From positions 1,258,095 through 1,322,094 of the forward strand of contig NW_018403537.1 of NCBI RefSeq assembly GCF_002113885.1: a stretch of 64,000 nucleotides of DNA, given 5' to 3'. Position 1 is the stretch's first letter. Every line of letters begins with the position of its first letter. Under the pieces are notes generated by a model. It did not search any database. It saw nothing but the letters and a program-made list of their open reading frames with translations, and was not told where the DNA came from. Shown here piece by piece: positions 62,172 to 64,000 of this stretch. Origin of the DNA: Mizuhopecten yessoensis (taxonomy: Eukaryota). The translations under genes and the position numbers were made by a program.

Positions 62172-62611
62172 TCTACTTAGGTGTGACATTTATGTACAGG
62201 TAAATAACACTTAGCACACATGTGTCCAGTGCTGACAGCAAAAGGTCTAACACACCCTATACCTGTGTCCAGGTATGACAACGAGGTACCTGAAGTTAGT
62301 ATGTAGATTGGTGTTGATTTTGTGTCTTCCAATTTTCCATTGAACAACGATGTCCTCAGGCTAGATAACGGGGAAATGAATAAGGATCAATCTAAAACAA
62401 ATAATATTTATCATAATTTTGTAACATATCTTATTTTGGTAATTATAGTTTGATTGAAATACGACAAAATAAACTAGGGTCATACAAATGCATTGTATAT
62501 CAATTTTTTCTCCTTATATTAGTAAATAGTTACCTATGGAATCAACATGTTTGTTGTGGTTCAATTATATACTGCAACATCTAGCGCTGTCATCGTTTCT
62601 CTGTGTTATCT

Positions 62612-62948
62612 ATAATAATAATAATATTTGTAGGTTCTTATATACTGCTTTATCTCATCCTAGTTCGTAGGTCGTCTCAAAGCGGTTCACAAATTATTAT
62701 CCGTGGTTATAGGGTATTTGCATCCAGCCAATATATTTCTCAACTCCCTGTGTAGCATACAGCCGGAGCTGCCATTTCGGCGCTAACAGCTAGCATTCAA
62801 CAATTCTAGCACTGCCCAACCACGTACTCATTTACAGCTGAGTAAACTGGAAAAAGCTCAAAGATACAACCCATTTCCGTGCCGTGGCGCGAACCCGCAA
62901 CCCTTCGGTCACGAGCCCGGTGTCCTACCACTGGACTACCGTGCATCC
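62612..62948 (-). mobile_element. Meta/Deu-like tRNA SINE copy
   Basis: Reverse complement of 38473-38834. Confidence 0.8.
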
Positions 62949-63331
62949 TATCTCAACGTCACAGTGTTCACCGAGGTCAATAGTTATAAGTTGTATAAGT
63001 AAAATCTTAATCGACACCTGATAAGTAATGACCCTTCTTGGTACAACCTTTTGTCTTTACCAAACGATTATAAGGACGCTTATGCTATGGAAAAGCAAAT
63101 CAGGGTTACTCTCATATAAAAACACCAGATAAATAGTTACATAACGAACGTGTTAAAGAAAAGTGATATCTTATTAACAGCTGTTTTTGTAAAGCACAAT
63201 ATGTGAGTCATCTTACCATAATCTATCAAAACCATACATACGAAAGCCGACAAATCTTTTAAAACATTTTCTTTCTGCGTTATCGGAGAGCCAGTACAAG
63301 TGTTGACCTGACGATCCAGCTAAGATCTAAA

Positions 63332-63543
63332 ATGGAGATGTGCATATTTTTCCTGTGGATATATTCCATATTTTGTATAGCCGATGGTCAGGTTGACGGT
63401 GACCATCGAAATCTTAACAAAAGGATGACTTCATTGGAAGACGTTGTCCAAACTATTCTGATGGAGTTCGGGGGTGTTCGTGAGAAGAATTCTGCGCTGG
63501 AATTTAAATACCGGATGTTGTCTGAAGAACTGCACCGGCTCAG
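63332..63543 (+). CDS. Probable first coding exon of a secreted coiled-coil protein; downstream domain lies outside the window
   Basis: AAAATGG Kozak context, signal-peptide-like MEMCIFFLWIYSIFCIADG, heptad-like LNKRMTSLEDVV...LSEELHRL, CAG|GTAGTT donor; TATAAAA at about 63115. Confidence 0.55.
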
Positions 63544-63670
63544 GTAGTTAATGTTTCATGCTACTTTACTCTTACATTGGATACTTTTGGTTGAGTAATC
63601 TCCTCTCAGCATCTTTGTACGGAATTATTTTTTTTAATGTAATGTAACTTTATTTGACAAACTGTGGTAA

Positions 63671-63897
63671 GGGGGCCGCAGTGGCCAAGTGGTTAAGGCG
63701 TCTGATATTCTGCTACCATTAGCCCTCCACCACTGGCTCGCAGGTTTGAGGCCTACGTGGAGCAGTCGCCAGGTACTGACCGTAGGTCGGTGGTTTTTCT
63801 ACGGGAACTCCGGCTTTCCTCCACCACCAAAACCTGGCACGTCCTTAAATGACCATAGCTGTTAATAGGACGTACAACACAAACAAACCAAACCAAA
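63671..63897 (+). mobile_element. tRNA-derived V-type SINE
   Basis: GGGGCCGCAGTGGCCAAGTGGTTAAGGCG head (box A), V-like core, (AAACC)n tail; second copy at 49102-49322. Confidence 0.8.
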
Positions 63898-64000
63898 CTG
63901 ACTGTTGTGGACGATAAATATCCAGTTGAAATATTACTGACTTACATAAACTATGCCACCATTTTCTTAATTGAACTATAGCATTAGTAAAAATATGTAT

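Overview
AT-rich, intron-containing animal genomic DNA. The repeat landscape (tRNA-derived V- and Meta/Deu-type SINEs, Helentron-associated elements with internal satellites, TTAA MITEs) points to a bivalve mollusc; this is an inference. Spliced genes assembled by hand from GT-AG junctions: the first coding exon of a DOK4/5/6-like PH-domain adaptor (- strand, running off the left edge), a complete CCDC102A/B-like coiled-coil gene (-, 16142-32972), APRT (+, 34812-41687) head-to-head with it, NEDD8 (-, 47126-52456, with micro-exons), and the first exon of a secreted coiled-coil protein at the right edge. 52.8-62.2 kb is a nest of decayed LINEs: a CR1-type host broken by a 1.5-kb insert and an RTE-X/Proto2-like LINE, with a second LINE of that family at its 3' end. 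The most striking observation is a 448-bp miniature LTR retrotransposon (TRIM) at 21580-22027. Both of its LTRs carry the 5S rRNA internal Pol III promoter, and it has a tRNA-Leu PBS and a PPT, i.e. a Cassandra/Ajax-like element in an apparent mollusc. Also notable are two CCDC102 exons whose 3' end plus splice donor is tandemly amplified, and a CCDC102->DOK gene order matching human CCDC102A-DOK4 and CCDC102B-DOK6. Most long ORFs in the supplied track are tandem-repeat or LINE artefacts.
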